Positions 53,056 to 60,845 of a stretch of DNA of 64,000 nt are shown one piece after another. Source of the stretch: an uncultured bacterium (GTDB taxonomy: Bacteria > Omnitrophota > Gorgyraeia > Duberdicusellales > CBEUCJ01); the NCBI GenBank assembly GCA_965541615.1, contig CBEUCJ010000001.1, positions 3,754 to 67,753 of the forward strand, written 5' to 3'. Below the pieces are notes generated by a model that did not search any database, was not told the DNA's origin, and saw only the letters and a list, made by a program, of their open reading frames with translations. The position numbers and the translations under genes are program-made. Position 1 is the first letter of the stretch; every line of letters starts with the position of its first letter.

Positions 53056-53919
53056 ATGCTGTGGTTTTACATTTTAATCATTTTTACAGGCATTTTAACT
53101 ACAATCACAGATATAACCGAGCATAAAATAAAGAATAAACATCTTCTTTTTATAAGTCTTGTAGGAATCTTTTTATATATTATACTCTTCATAAAAAAGG
53201 AATTAAAGTTTTCCCTCAATATGTTACTCAATCCATTTGTAAGTTTAATCATTGGATTTATTCTTTACAAAAATAACTTGTGGCGTGCAGGTGATGGAAA
53301 ATTATTTTTTATTTACTCTCTGCTCTTACCTTTAAACAAGTATTCCTCAATACTTCCTTTTTCTTGTTTTACTTTATTTTTAAACACCTTCTTAATAGCT
53401 TTTTTATTTATATTACCAAGTGTTATTAAAAATTTTTTAAAAAACAAAGAAATTTTTAAAAAATTAATCTCCAAAAAAACTTTTTTATATTTTGGAAGAA
53501 TCTTTTTAATAACCTTTTGCCTTTCTTGGATGATAAGACCTCTCTTATATAAACTCCATTTAGAAAAAAATATTTTTTTTAATTTTATTCTCTTGTATAC
53601 AGGATACTCTTTTATTCGTTCTTCTTTTAAGAAAATTAAAAATAAATTTATTAGTTTTTACATCATACTTATAGCTTTAATCTTAAGATACCTTCTTTTC
53701 CCAGAGAGTCTTTCTATTACAAGCATAATAAATTATTTAAAATATTTATTTTCTTACTCTTTGATCATTTATCTTTTAAAGGATAAATCCATTTTAGACA
53801 AAACTTTTCAAAAAAGAGTCCCTTTTGCACCTTTTATGTTCATAGGTGCTTTACTTACTAATACAGATTTTTTGAAATGGGTCTTAAAAACTTTAGCTTA
53901 CCTGAAACGGTTAATTTAA
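53056..53919 (+). CDS. A24 family (prepilin peptidase/TadV/FlaK-like) membrane aspartyl protease
   Basis: Polytopic membrane protein. First Asp block TITDITEHKIKNKHLLF. Second block NNLWRAGDGKLFFIYSLLLPL matches the G-x-G-D-x-K-L active-site motif. No pilin gene is nearby. Confidence 0.5.
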   Translation: MLWFYILIIFTGILTTITDITEHKIKNKHLLFISLVGIFLYIILFIKKELKFSLNMLLNPFVSLIIGFILYKNNLWRAGDGKLFFIYSLLLPLNKYSSILPFSCFTLFLNTFLIAFLFILPSVIKNFLKNKEIFKKLISKKTFLYFGRIFLITFCLSWMIRPLLYKLHLEKNIFFNFILLYTGYSFIRSSFKKIKNKFISFYIILIALILRYLLFPESLSITSIINYLKYLFSYSLIIYLLKDKSILDKTFQKRVPFAPFMFIGALLTNTDFLKWVLKTLAYLKRLI

Positions 53920-55205
53920 ATAAGATTCTAATTTCTATAGAAAATTACATAGGAAAAGTTAAAAAAGAAGATTTTATTATACACATTCACATAGATGAAA
54001 AGAAAATTACTCTATCAGCAATAAAACTATTATATCTACTCTTAAACAATTATGAAGATAATTATTTTATTATCATTAAAAACCTTCCTTACTGTCTTAT
54101 GCCAGATGCTTTAGAACACATTGTTTACGAAAAGATTCCGAAGAATAAATATCATTATGATGAAATTTGTGAAAAATGTTACTTAAAGAACATTTGTCCT
54201 GGATGGAATGAATCTTTAAACATTGAGAGGAATAAAGTAAACTTACCTAAAGACATTCCTAAAGAAATAGTGATGGAAATAACTACTAAATGTAATCTTA
54301 ATTGTAGGTGTTGTAATTTAGATAAAAGCAACCCTATAAATGCTGAATTTAAAATAGTAAAAAATATAATAGATGAGTGCAAAACTTTAGGAATAAGAGC
54401 TGTAAGATTTACAGGAGGAGAACCTTTATTAAATCCTGATTTAGAAAAGATGCTCTCTTATGCAAAAAGAAATGGATTTTATGTATTACTCAATACTAAT
54501 GCTACTCTTTTAAATTCTCATCTATTAAAGATTTTAGAAAAAAATGTAGATAATGTCCTAATTTCTTTGCAAGGTTACAATCAAACTTCAGAAAGAAGAT
54601 TAACAAATTCTCACATAGATTTCAACAAAAAGCTTACTAACGTAATTAAATTGAATTTTAGAATCCCTATAGTAAGAATTGGTAGTGTAATATCTAAAAC
54701 TTTAATTGAAAATTTTAATAGATATTATTATCTATTAAAAAAGATTGGGATAAAACATTGGGAATTATACAGGCCTATTCTCAAAGATGATGAAGAATTT
54801 GAAATATCTAAAAAGGATTTGATAAAAATCATGTGTCTCTTAATTGAAATAAAAAAAACAGGAATGAAAACAAAAATTGCAAATCCTCTTCCTTTCTGTA
54901 TAGTAAAAAACAAAAAAATTTCTTTAATGAGCCTTTTGGGAGGAATAGCTGATGATGGACACTCAAGAATTGTGTGGGATGCAAAAGGATATTTTAAGCC
55001 AAGTTATTTTATAAATGTGTATTTAGGAAAAACTATTGAGGAATCTTGGCAGGCTCCTTTTTTAAAAAAGTTAAGATCCTTAGACTATCTACCTCAAAAA
55101 TGTAAAGAGTGTTATTATTTGAAATGGTGTAAAGGTGGAAGTAGAGCTTTAGCAAAAATTTTCAATAAGAATTATTTTTCTTCTGATCCTCTTTTTAAAA
55201 CTTAA
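53877..55205 (+). CDS. Radical SAM/SPASM-type protein with ~115-aa Cys-containing N-terminal extension
   Basis: MEITTKCNLNCRCCNLDKS CxxxCxxC at ~residue 130, TGGEPLLNPD, C-terminal CKECYYLKWCKGGS. N-terminal CEKCYLKNICPGW could bind metal or serve as a recognition domain. Confidence 0.7.
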   Translation: MGLKNFSLPETVNLNKILISIENYIGKVKKEDFIIHIHIDEKKITLSAIKLLYLLLNNYEDNYFIIIKNLPYCLMPDALEHIVYEKIPKNKYHYDEICEKCYLKNICPGWNESLNIERNKVNLPKDIPKEIVMEITTKCNLNCRCCNLDKSNPINAEFKIVKNIIDECKTLGIRAVRFTGGEPLLNPDLEKMLSYAKRNGFYVLLNTNATLLNSHLLKILEKNVDNVLISLQGYNQTSERRLTNSHIDFNKKLTNVIKLNFRIPIVRIGSVISKTLIENFNRYYYLLKKIGIKHWELYRPILKDDEEFEISKKDLIKIMCLLIEIKKTGMKTKIANPLPFCIVKNKKISLMSLLGGIADDGHSRIVWDAKGYFKPSYFINVYLGKTIEESWQAPFLKKLRSLDYLPQKCKECYYLKWCKGGSRALAKIFNKNYFSSDPLFKT

Positions 55206-55207
55206 TC

Positions 55208-56020
55208 TTACCAAATTTCTCCAAGAGTCTTTATATAAGAATTTAAACAAGCTTTCTTAATCTTTGAATTTTCTATAAGCTCACAAAGATTCTTATCTTT
55301 TTCTTTTCTTGAAAGATTAAAAATAGCTATATCTCTTGTTATTTTTTCTATCTTTTCTTTTGGATCTGAAGAAAATATTATCTCACAGGCAAACTGCTTA
55401 CATAAAGGAAGTTCTTCTCCTTTCAAATATCTTTCACAAGCTAAACAACTATATTTTTTAAAACCCCAAAATACAGCTATCATTTCTATAATATCATACC
55501 TATCTACACCGCTATTCTCAAAAGGAGAAAAAGAAATTGCTTTCAAAACTAAATCTGCATCACCATTAAAAACTCCTTCACAAAAAATTTTCTCCCAACC
55601 ACTTAAAATACTACAATTACCATTCTTAAAAGCAATGCAAACTTTTTCTGGATCCTTAAAAACTTCTTCATTTTCTTCAACAAAATCTCTGCATCTTCCT
55701 TCCCCTAAGTACCTCATAGATAACATACCATTCGCTGAGCTTCTACAATCTTCTGTCTCACATACATTTAAATCATCTTCTCTTACAGCAATATATTTTT
55801 GAAAGCACTCATAATATTTACTATTCTTTATAAATTCCATCTCTTTCTTTATTTTCTCTTCTATATCTTCTTTTTCTTCAGTTTTTTCTACAGAAAGTTT
55901 TTTAGGTAAAAAAATTACAACTTTTTTTTGCTGAGAAAAAGTCAATTGGAATATAAAAATAAAGGAAAAAACAAACAAGATTTTCTTCAACATTGATTTT
56001 AAAAATTTAATAAGAAGCAT
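55208..56020 (-). CDS. Cys-rich secreted/lipoprotein-like hypothetical protein
   Basis: N-terminal signal/TM (ILFVFSFIFIFQLTFSQQ); 14 Cys in the mature region. Overlaps the upstream small ORF by 14 bp. Confidence 0.5.
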   Translation of the reverse strand: MLLIKFLKSMLKKILFVFSFIFIFQLTFSQQKKVVIFLPKKLSVEKTEEKEDIEEKIKKEMEFIKNSKYYECFQKYIAVREDDLNVCETEDCRSSANGMLSMRYLGEGRCRDFVEENEEVFKDPEKVCIAFKNGNCSILSGWEKIFCEGVFNGDADLVLKAISFSPFENSGVDRYDIIEMIAVFWGFKKYSCLACERYLKGEELPLCKQFACEIIFSSDPKEKIEKITRDIAIFNLSRKEKDKNLCELIENSKIKKACLNSYIKTLGEIW

Positions 56021-56300
56021 GATTAGTATGAATAGAAGAATTTGTATGTGTAAAATGCACTTTTACGCAACAACCAGATGCAGAAGTACTACATTGAGGA
56101 GAGCAAACATTTTTATGACTTGAGTGCGAAGTATGACCTGCAAAAGAATGAGTTAAAGAACTCATTATTCCTAATGCAGAAATCGTTCCCAAACCTATTT
56201 TTAAAATATTTTCTTTAGAAACAAAACCTTTCTCATCTTTTATAAAATCTTTAATGTCTTTTTTAAGATTATTAAATTTATTTTTTTTACTTTTTTTCAT
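56007..56300 (-). CDS. Small precursor-like protein with charged leader, hydrophobic segment and a His/Ser/Thr/Cys-rich C-terminal tail (His-Xaa-Ser-like)
   Basis: Strong SD AAGGAGGTG 6 nt upstream of the ATG. Sequence: MKKSKKNKFNNLKKDIKDFIKDEKGFVSKENILKIGLGTISALGIMSSL-THSFAGHTSHSSHKNVCSPQCSTSASGCCVKVHFTHTNSSIHTNHASY. It starts 4 bp downstream of a SPASM maturase-type rSAM. Confidence 0.6.
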   Translation of the reverse strand: MKKSKKNKFNNLKKDIKDFIKDEKGFVSKENILKIGLGTISALGIMSSLTHSFAGHTSHSSHKNVCSPQCSTSASGCCVKVHFTHTNSSIHTNHASY

Positions 56301-56304
56301 TTTT

Positions 56305-57690
56305 TCACCTCCTTCTTATCCATGATTTAAATATTTTAACATTTTCTTCGTCTTCTAAAATTTTTTCAAAAATACACCTAAATTGGTAATTATAAATTTT
56401 GTAAATAAAAGAACACCAAATTTTAGGAACAAAATTTCTCTGTGTATAATAGTTTAACACAGGACACGTTCCTATCCAAGGCAAAAATGCAGAATTATAA
56501 TCCCACATGTTTACTACAGAAGTATACAAAAGATAAAGGAGCCTTTCTTTTTTAATTATATCCTCATAATTTTCTTTTAAAATATTTCCTAACTTAAATG
56601 TATCTTCATCTACCATCCTTGCTTCATCACAGGGAAAACAACTCCCATCAGGCATATAAGTTATCACATTTCTTCCTGCTCCACATGGATTCATCAAATC
56701 TACATACCCAGCATCCATTTTATTAAAAACTTTCTCTAAAATTACTCTTGCTATTCTTTCTTTTATATAAATCCCTTTTTTATTCAATTCCAAAATGTAA
56801 TCTAATGATTTTTTATAAAACTCACCAAACTCTTCAGCAGTGTATCCTAAATTCAACCAATTTCTGCATGCTACTCCTAATCTATTTACAGGTCTAAGAG
56901 AAATCTCCTCTTGCCCCCATCTTACATATTCATCTATTATCTCCTTATAATACTTTAAAGAATGTTTAGTAATTGTAGGTAATAAATGCACTTTCATCTT
57001 AAATTTCTTTCTAATTTTCTCAATCTTTTTTGCCACAATATCATAACTTCCTTTCCCATTTTTAAATATTCTATTTTTATCATGAAGAAACTTAGGACCA
57101 TCTAAAGAAGTACATATTTCAACATTAAATTTTTTTAAAAATTCCATTTTCTCTTCTGTAAGTAGTGTTAGGTTACTTACTAAAGCGATCCTTAAATTTA
57201 CCTCTTTTCTTTGAAACTTCTTAGCATTTTCTACTAAAAAAGAAACTATCTCCCAGTTAAGTAAAGGTTCTCCTCCTTGAAATTCTAAAGTTACATACGG
57301 ATTTCTCACATCAAAAATGAATTTTAAAACTCGTGTTGCAACCTCATAATTCATATTCTCTTTTTTAAAAGACCTTGTTTGACAGTATCTGCAACTTAAA
57401 TTACAAGCTGTGGTTACTACTGCAATATGAAGAGAAGTATCACTAAAAAGATGCCCATTCAGATTTCTATATTCATTAATCAAATTTTTCAAATTATTCT
57501 CATCTACAATTAAACCTTTTTCATATAATCTTTTAAATAAGGGAGTATTTTCTTTGACTTTTAATGAATTTAATTCTTTAAATTCTTCTTTTGTTAAAAA
57601 ATCCCAACCTCCTAAAAAATTGGATACAAGATATCTATCCTTAATAATAGTTGAATTAAAAGGTAAAATTGCAAATCTTCTATTCTCCAT
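56305..57690 (-). CDS. Radical SAM/SPASM domain peptide-maturase-type enzyme with N-terminal ~85-aa extension
   Basis: VVTTACNLSCRYCQ CxxxCxxC at ~residue 95 and ...FQGGEPLL. SPASM signature CGAGRNVITYMPDGSCFPCDE. The N-terminal extension is RRE/PqqD-like in length. Confidence 0.75.
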   Translation of the reverse strand: MENRRFAILPFNSTIIKDRYLVSNFLGGWDFLTKEEFKELNSLKVKENTPLFKRLYEKGLIVDENNLKNLINEYRNLNGHLFSDTSLHIAVVTTACNLSCRYCQTRSFKKENMNYEVATRVLKFIFDVRNPYVTLEFQGGEPLLNWEIVSFLVENAKKFQRKEVNLRIALVSNLTLLTEEKMEFLKKFNVEICTSLDGPKFLHDKNRIFKNGKGSYDIVAKKIEKIRKKFKMKVHLLPTITKHSLKYYKEIIDEYVRWGQEEISLRPVNRLGVACRNWLNLGYTAEEFGEFYKKSLDYILELNKKGIYIKERIARVILEKVFNKMDAGYVDLMNPCGAGRNVITYMPDGSCFPCDEARMVDEDTFKLGNILKENYEDIIKKERLLYLLYTSVVNMWDYNSAFLPWIGTCPVLNYYTQRNFVPKIWCSFIYKIYNYQFRCIFEKILEDEENVKIFKSWIRRR

Positions 57691-57711
57691 AACTTTAATT
57701 TATCACAGGTT

Positions 57712-58097
57712 TAAACTCATCTATTCCATCAATATCATGCAAAGCAGGAGCAAATTCATTCATTCCTGCTAACAGTATTTTTTGCAAAAATCGAGTGAAG
57801 AAAACATCCTTCCATTAGTTTGAATCTGTATGAGAAGATAACCTAACTTTTTAGCAAATCTAACTATTTCAAAAACATCTTTTCTAATAGTCACTTCTCC
57901 TTCTGTAAATACTACTTCTCTGCACCTTTTAAATAAGCTTCTTCTAATTCTTGTTTTATTTCTTGCGTTGTCTTATCAGGATATATACGTTTATCTGCAA
58001 CTACACAAAATTTACAATCATTTATACAAGAATGACCTACAAAGAGGACTAATCTTTTAACTTGAGGGGGGATTTTATAAAGAAGTTTTTGTTTCAC
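57712..58097 (-). pseudogene. Frameshifted, truncated radical SAM gene remnant
   Basis: Frame 1 (58097->57912): MKQKLLYKIPPQVKRLVLFVGHSCINDCKFC...YLKGAEK*. A second frame continues VFTEGEVTIRKDVFEIVRFAKKLGYLLIQIQTNGRMF...KKYC*. A third gives ILLAGMNEFAPALHDIDGIDEFKPVIN*. Together ~128 aa of an rSAM N-terminal half split over three frames. Confidence 0.6.
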
Positions 58098-58344
58098 TCC
58101 TCAAAAGGTAAATTAAATAATTTAAAAAATCAAAACAATTTTGTAGATTAAACTTATTCAATTTTAAAAAATAATATTTATTTTTTTCTTTAATAGAAAG
58201 AATAAACTCTGCATTCTCTTTTTGTAATCTTTCAAGTATCTCTTTTGAATAAAGATCTCTATGCAATTTTAAAAAAATATTGTTTCTGTTTATTTTTAAA
58301 AAAGGCAAGTTACTTTTTTGCAGATTTCTTTTCCTCTTCTTCAA
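58075..58344 (-). CDS. Hypothetical small protein (89 aa)
   Basis: ORF overlapping both neighbours; K-rich; no motif. May be a spurious overlap. Confidence 0.25.
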   Translation of the reverse strand: MKKRKRNLQKSNLPFLKINRNNIFLKLHRDLYSKEILERLQKENAEFILSIKEKNKYYFLKLNKFNLQNCFDFLNYLIYLLRSETKTSL

Positions 58345-58705
58345 GTTCTTTAATCAACTCTTCTATTTCTCTTTCTTCAGCTTCTTGCACCAAAGAAGGA
58401 GCAGCTGAAAATAAAGCTCTTTGTAGTAAAGTCTTAACTACCTCACCATTAACTTTAAGACTTTCAAAATAATGGGCGTAGTTAATTAATTCATTATAAA
58501 ATTCCATTCCTAATTTATCTAAATTTTCTTTTTTGTCTTTAGGAAACAGCCAAATTTCTACAGTTTTATTCTTTTTTTTATCCAAATAAATATACGCTCT
58601 ATCTAAAAATACATAACTAGCAGAATATACAGTTGAAAGAGGATAAACATCTAAATCTGTAGTCAATCTTACCCAATTTTTCCCTTTTTTTATAACCTTC
58701 TCCAT
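58310..58705 (-). CDS. Hypothetical small protein (131 aa) with acidic C-terminal tail
   Basis: MEKVIKKGKNWVRLTTDLDVYPLSTVYSASYVFLDRAYIYLD... followed by a polyglutamate-rich tail. Tightly coupled to the next gene (stop/start adjacent). Confidence 0.45.
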   Translation of the reverse strand: MEKVIKKGKNWVRLTTDLDVYPLSTVYSASYVFLDRAYIYLDKKKNKTVEIWLFPKDKKENLDKLGMEFYNELINYAHYFESLKVNGEVVKTLLQRALFSAAPSLVQEAEEREIEELIKELEEEEKKSAKK

Positions 58706-59158
58706 CTAATCCCAACAATTGCAGAACCAAATTTCTTTAACTTTCAAGACTCCAGGATTACCAGTTGATGTTGTTACTCTAGTGTGATTACTTTTTAATA
58801 CTGTTTTTCCTCCAGTGTAAAGATAGATATCTTTACCTCCATATGTAAAGATCGTAAAATCATCTCCATCTCCATAAGTAGGCGAATTTCTATTCCACAT
58901 TATTCCTGCAATATAATTACCACTAGCATCAGCTGCTCCTACACTTGGACCTTTTGAAATTCTTAAGTAATGGTAAGAACTTCCCTCAAAATTTAATTGC
59001 AAATATTTCATTCTTGTAATATAGCTTTCTAACTCTTTATATACTCCGTAAGGAGCAGGATAATAAGTAGTAATTGTGATCTTCTCTTGAGAATAAACTA
59101 CTATACTTCCACACAATAATACAACACTTATCCCTAAAATAATTATTTTTCTTATCAT
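58706..59158 (-). CDS. Secreted hypothetical protein (signal peptide; C-terminal CNCW)
   Basis: N-term MIRKIIILGISVVLLCGSIVVYSQE is signal-peptide-like. Gly/Thr/Tyr-rich beta-type sequence. Confidence 0.45.
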   Translation of the reverse strand: MIRKIIILGISVVLLCGSIVVYSQEKITITTYYPAPYGVYKELESYITRMKYLQLNFEGSSYHYLRISKGPSVGAADASGNYIAGIMWNRNSPTYGDGDDFTIFTYGGKDIYLYTGGKTVLKSNHTRVTTSTGNPGVLKVKEIWFCNCWD

Positions 59159-59262
59159 TATTTCATATTATCTCTCTCAAAGTAGATAATGTCAATAATA
59201 TTATTTTATTAAAACTTGATCTAACTTCTATTGCGCTTAGAATAAAATTTATAAAAACTTTT

Positions 59263-59988
59263 ATGAAGTTTACATTTATAAGAGACGACGATGTTTATAA
59301 AGATAGCTTAAAATTTAGGTATATCTTTTTTTTCTTAAAAAAAATCAAAATACCTACTATATATGGAGTAATACCTCAAAAAGTAGAAAAAAAACTAGTC
59401 GAATTCCTAAAAAAAGAAAAAAAGAAAGACCCAAATTTAATAGATATAGTTCAACATGGATGGAAGCATAAAAATTACAGTAAAGACATTAATAACAAAT
59501 ATGAATTTGGACCTACACGTTCATATATCCAGCAAAAAAAAGATATTCTAAAAGGCTATAAAAAAATGCAAAAATTATTCGGAGAATATTTTACTCCTGC
59601 TTTTGTACCTCCTTATCATGGATACAATTCAACTACTTTAAATATTATCGAAGAACTCAAAATCCCTTTATTTTCTGGAGAGAAAATAAATACAAGAAAA
59701 AATTTTTTAAATTTACCTATTAAAATTTCCTTAAATGACTATAGTGATAAAAAAATGAAGATTTTGGATCCAAAAATTTCAATAAAAAAATTTTTATTTT
59801 ATTTAAATTCAAATAGTGAAAAGACCATAGGAATTGTATTCCACCACTCTGGAATACTCTCCAAAAATGATCTTAATAATTTCAAAATCTTCTGTTTTTT
59901 TCTAAAAAAATTAGAAAAAGAAAAAAAGATAAAGTTTATCCTTTTTTCTTCTCTTTTGAAAAGAAAATTTTCAAATTTTTCAAGTTAA
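59263..59988 (+). CDS. Polysaccharide deacetylase (CE4)-like / DUF2334-like protein
   Basis: DVVQHGWKHKNYSK...FVPPYHGYNSTT resembles the His-containing motifs of CE4-type deacetylases. Weak assignment. Confidence 0.4.
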   Translation: MKFTFIRDDDVYKDSLKFRYIFFFLKKIKIPTIYGVIPQKVEKKLVEFLKKEKKKDPNLIDIVQHGWKHKNYSKDINNKYEFGPTRSYIQQKKDILKGYKKMQKLFGEYFTPAFVPPYHGYNSTTLNIIEELKIPLFSGEKINTRKNFLNLPIKISLNDYSDKKMKILDPKISIKKFLFYLNSNSEKTIGIVFHHSGILSKNDLNNFKIFCFFLKKLEKEKKIKFILFSSLLKRKFSNFSS

Positions 59989-60220
59989 CTTTCTTTTTCT
60001 TAAAATGCTCAACACATCTATCGAAATTAAATAAAATTTCCTTTCCTAAAGTATGCTTCTCATCGTCCTGATGGTATAAAGCGAACGCTAAGTCGAACCA
60101 ATTATCTAAATTTTGAGGATTTCTATTTATTGCTTTTAGAAAATATTTCTCTGCTTGTGAGAATTCTTCTGCAAAATAATAAAGATATCCAGCTAAACAA
60201 TAGGCAAACTCATCTTTATT
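59940..60220 (-). pseudogene. TPR-like ORF remnant without a canonical start codon
   Basis: Minus frame gives KWVKKNKDEFAYCLAGYLYYFAEEFSQAEKYFLKAINRNPQNLDNWFDLAFALYHQDDEKHTLGKEILFNFDRCVEHFKKKKVNLKNLKIFFSKEKKKG*. It has a TPR consensus but no ATG/GTG/TTG start after the upstream stop, and it overlaps the 3' end of 59263..59988. Confidence 0.3.
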
Positions 60221-60424
60221 CTTTTTTACCCATTTTCAAATTTTAGATCTCAACAAAGATAATAATTTAGGATTATCAAATATTTTTTCTGCTAATGTAT
60301 TGAAAATTACATCCTTGCGAGTACATCTATCTTCTAATTTATTCGTTGGATGCAAAGGAAGAATATTGGTATATTTTAAAAATTCTAATTTGACTTTATT
60401 CATCAAAAATATTTTATTAAAAAT

Positions 60425-60452
60425 TTGACTTTTTGGAAAGAATTGTTAAAAT
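60425..60452 (+). promoter_or_regulatory. Candidate sigma70-type promoter of rpmH (TTGACT-16-TAAAAT)
   Basis: TTGACT at 60425-60430 and TAAAAT at 60447-60452 with a 16-nt spacer. Only 9 nt to the rpmH ATG, so a near-leaderless transcript. Confidence 0.35.
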
Positions 60453-60461
60453 CAGAGAGCT

Positions 60462-60602
60462 ATGAAAAAGAGGTTAACTACTCCTACAAAATTAAAAGGA
60501 AAAAGGACTCATGGGTTTTTAAAAAGAATGAGCACAAGAGCTGGTAGAAAAGTTTTGAAAAGAAGAAGGAAAAAGGGACGCTGGAGACTTGTACCTGTAT
60601 AG
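60462..60602 (+). CDS. rpmH: 50S ribosomal protein L34
   Basis: [46 protein letters not shown] (46 aa), missed by the ORF track because it is under 60 aa. Confidence 0.9.
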   Translation: MKKRLTTPTKLKGKRTHGFLKRMSTRAGRKVLKRRRKKGRWRLVPV

Positions 60603-60816
60603 AAGATTTTTACTTTTTTTAATATTTTTAATAGAATCTTTTAAAAAAATAAAAAGTTTCTTATTTCCATCTACTTGTAAATATATTCCTTCCTGTTCAG
60701 AATATTTGAAAATAGCTATAATAAAAAAGGGTATATTAAAAGGGTTTTTAAAGTTTCTTATAAGAATTTTGAAATGTAATCCTTTTTCAAAAGGTGGCTA
60801 CGATCCTGTAACTTAA
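60589..60816 (+). CDS. yidD: Membrane protein insertion efficiency factor YidD
   Basis: [26 protein letters not shown]...[14 protein letters not shown] matches the YidD consensus. Overlaps the rpmH 3' end by 14 bp. Confidence 0.85.
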   Translation: MYLYRRFLLFLIFLIESFKKIKSFLFPSTCKYIPSCSEYLKIAIIKKGILKGFLKFLIRILKCNPFSKGGYDPVT

Positions 60817-60838
60817 AGTTTTCACGTGAAAACTTTAA
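60813..60838. promoter_or_regulatory. parS-like perfect palindrome (TTAAAGTTTTCACGTGAAAACTTTAA)
   Basis: 26-bp perfect palindrome centred on CACGTG. Its 16-bp core differs from canonical parS TGTTTCACGTGAAACA only at the two symmetric outer positions. Lies between the yidD stop and the yidC start. Confidence 0.6.
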
Positions 60839-60845
60839 TAATAAA

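Noticed and set aside
53067-54913. Minus ORFs 53067..53252, 54179..54382, 54728..54913
   Set aside because: Antisense within the A24 peptidase and rSAM genes.
57554-57772. 72-aa + ORF across the rSAM start / pseudogene region
   Set aside because: Antisense. The region is better explained by the decayed rSAM on the minus strand.
58245-58472. 75-aa + ORF (Ser-rich)
   Set aside because: Antisense to the acidic tail (GAA/GAG repeats) of 58310..58705. Compositional artefact.
60233-60235. ATG-initiated reading of the TPR-like minus ORF (MGKK...)
   Set aside because: That frame stops after 5 codons. The TPR frame is different and lacks a start codon, so it is reported only as a remnant.
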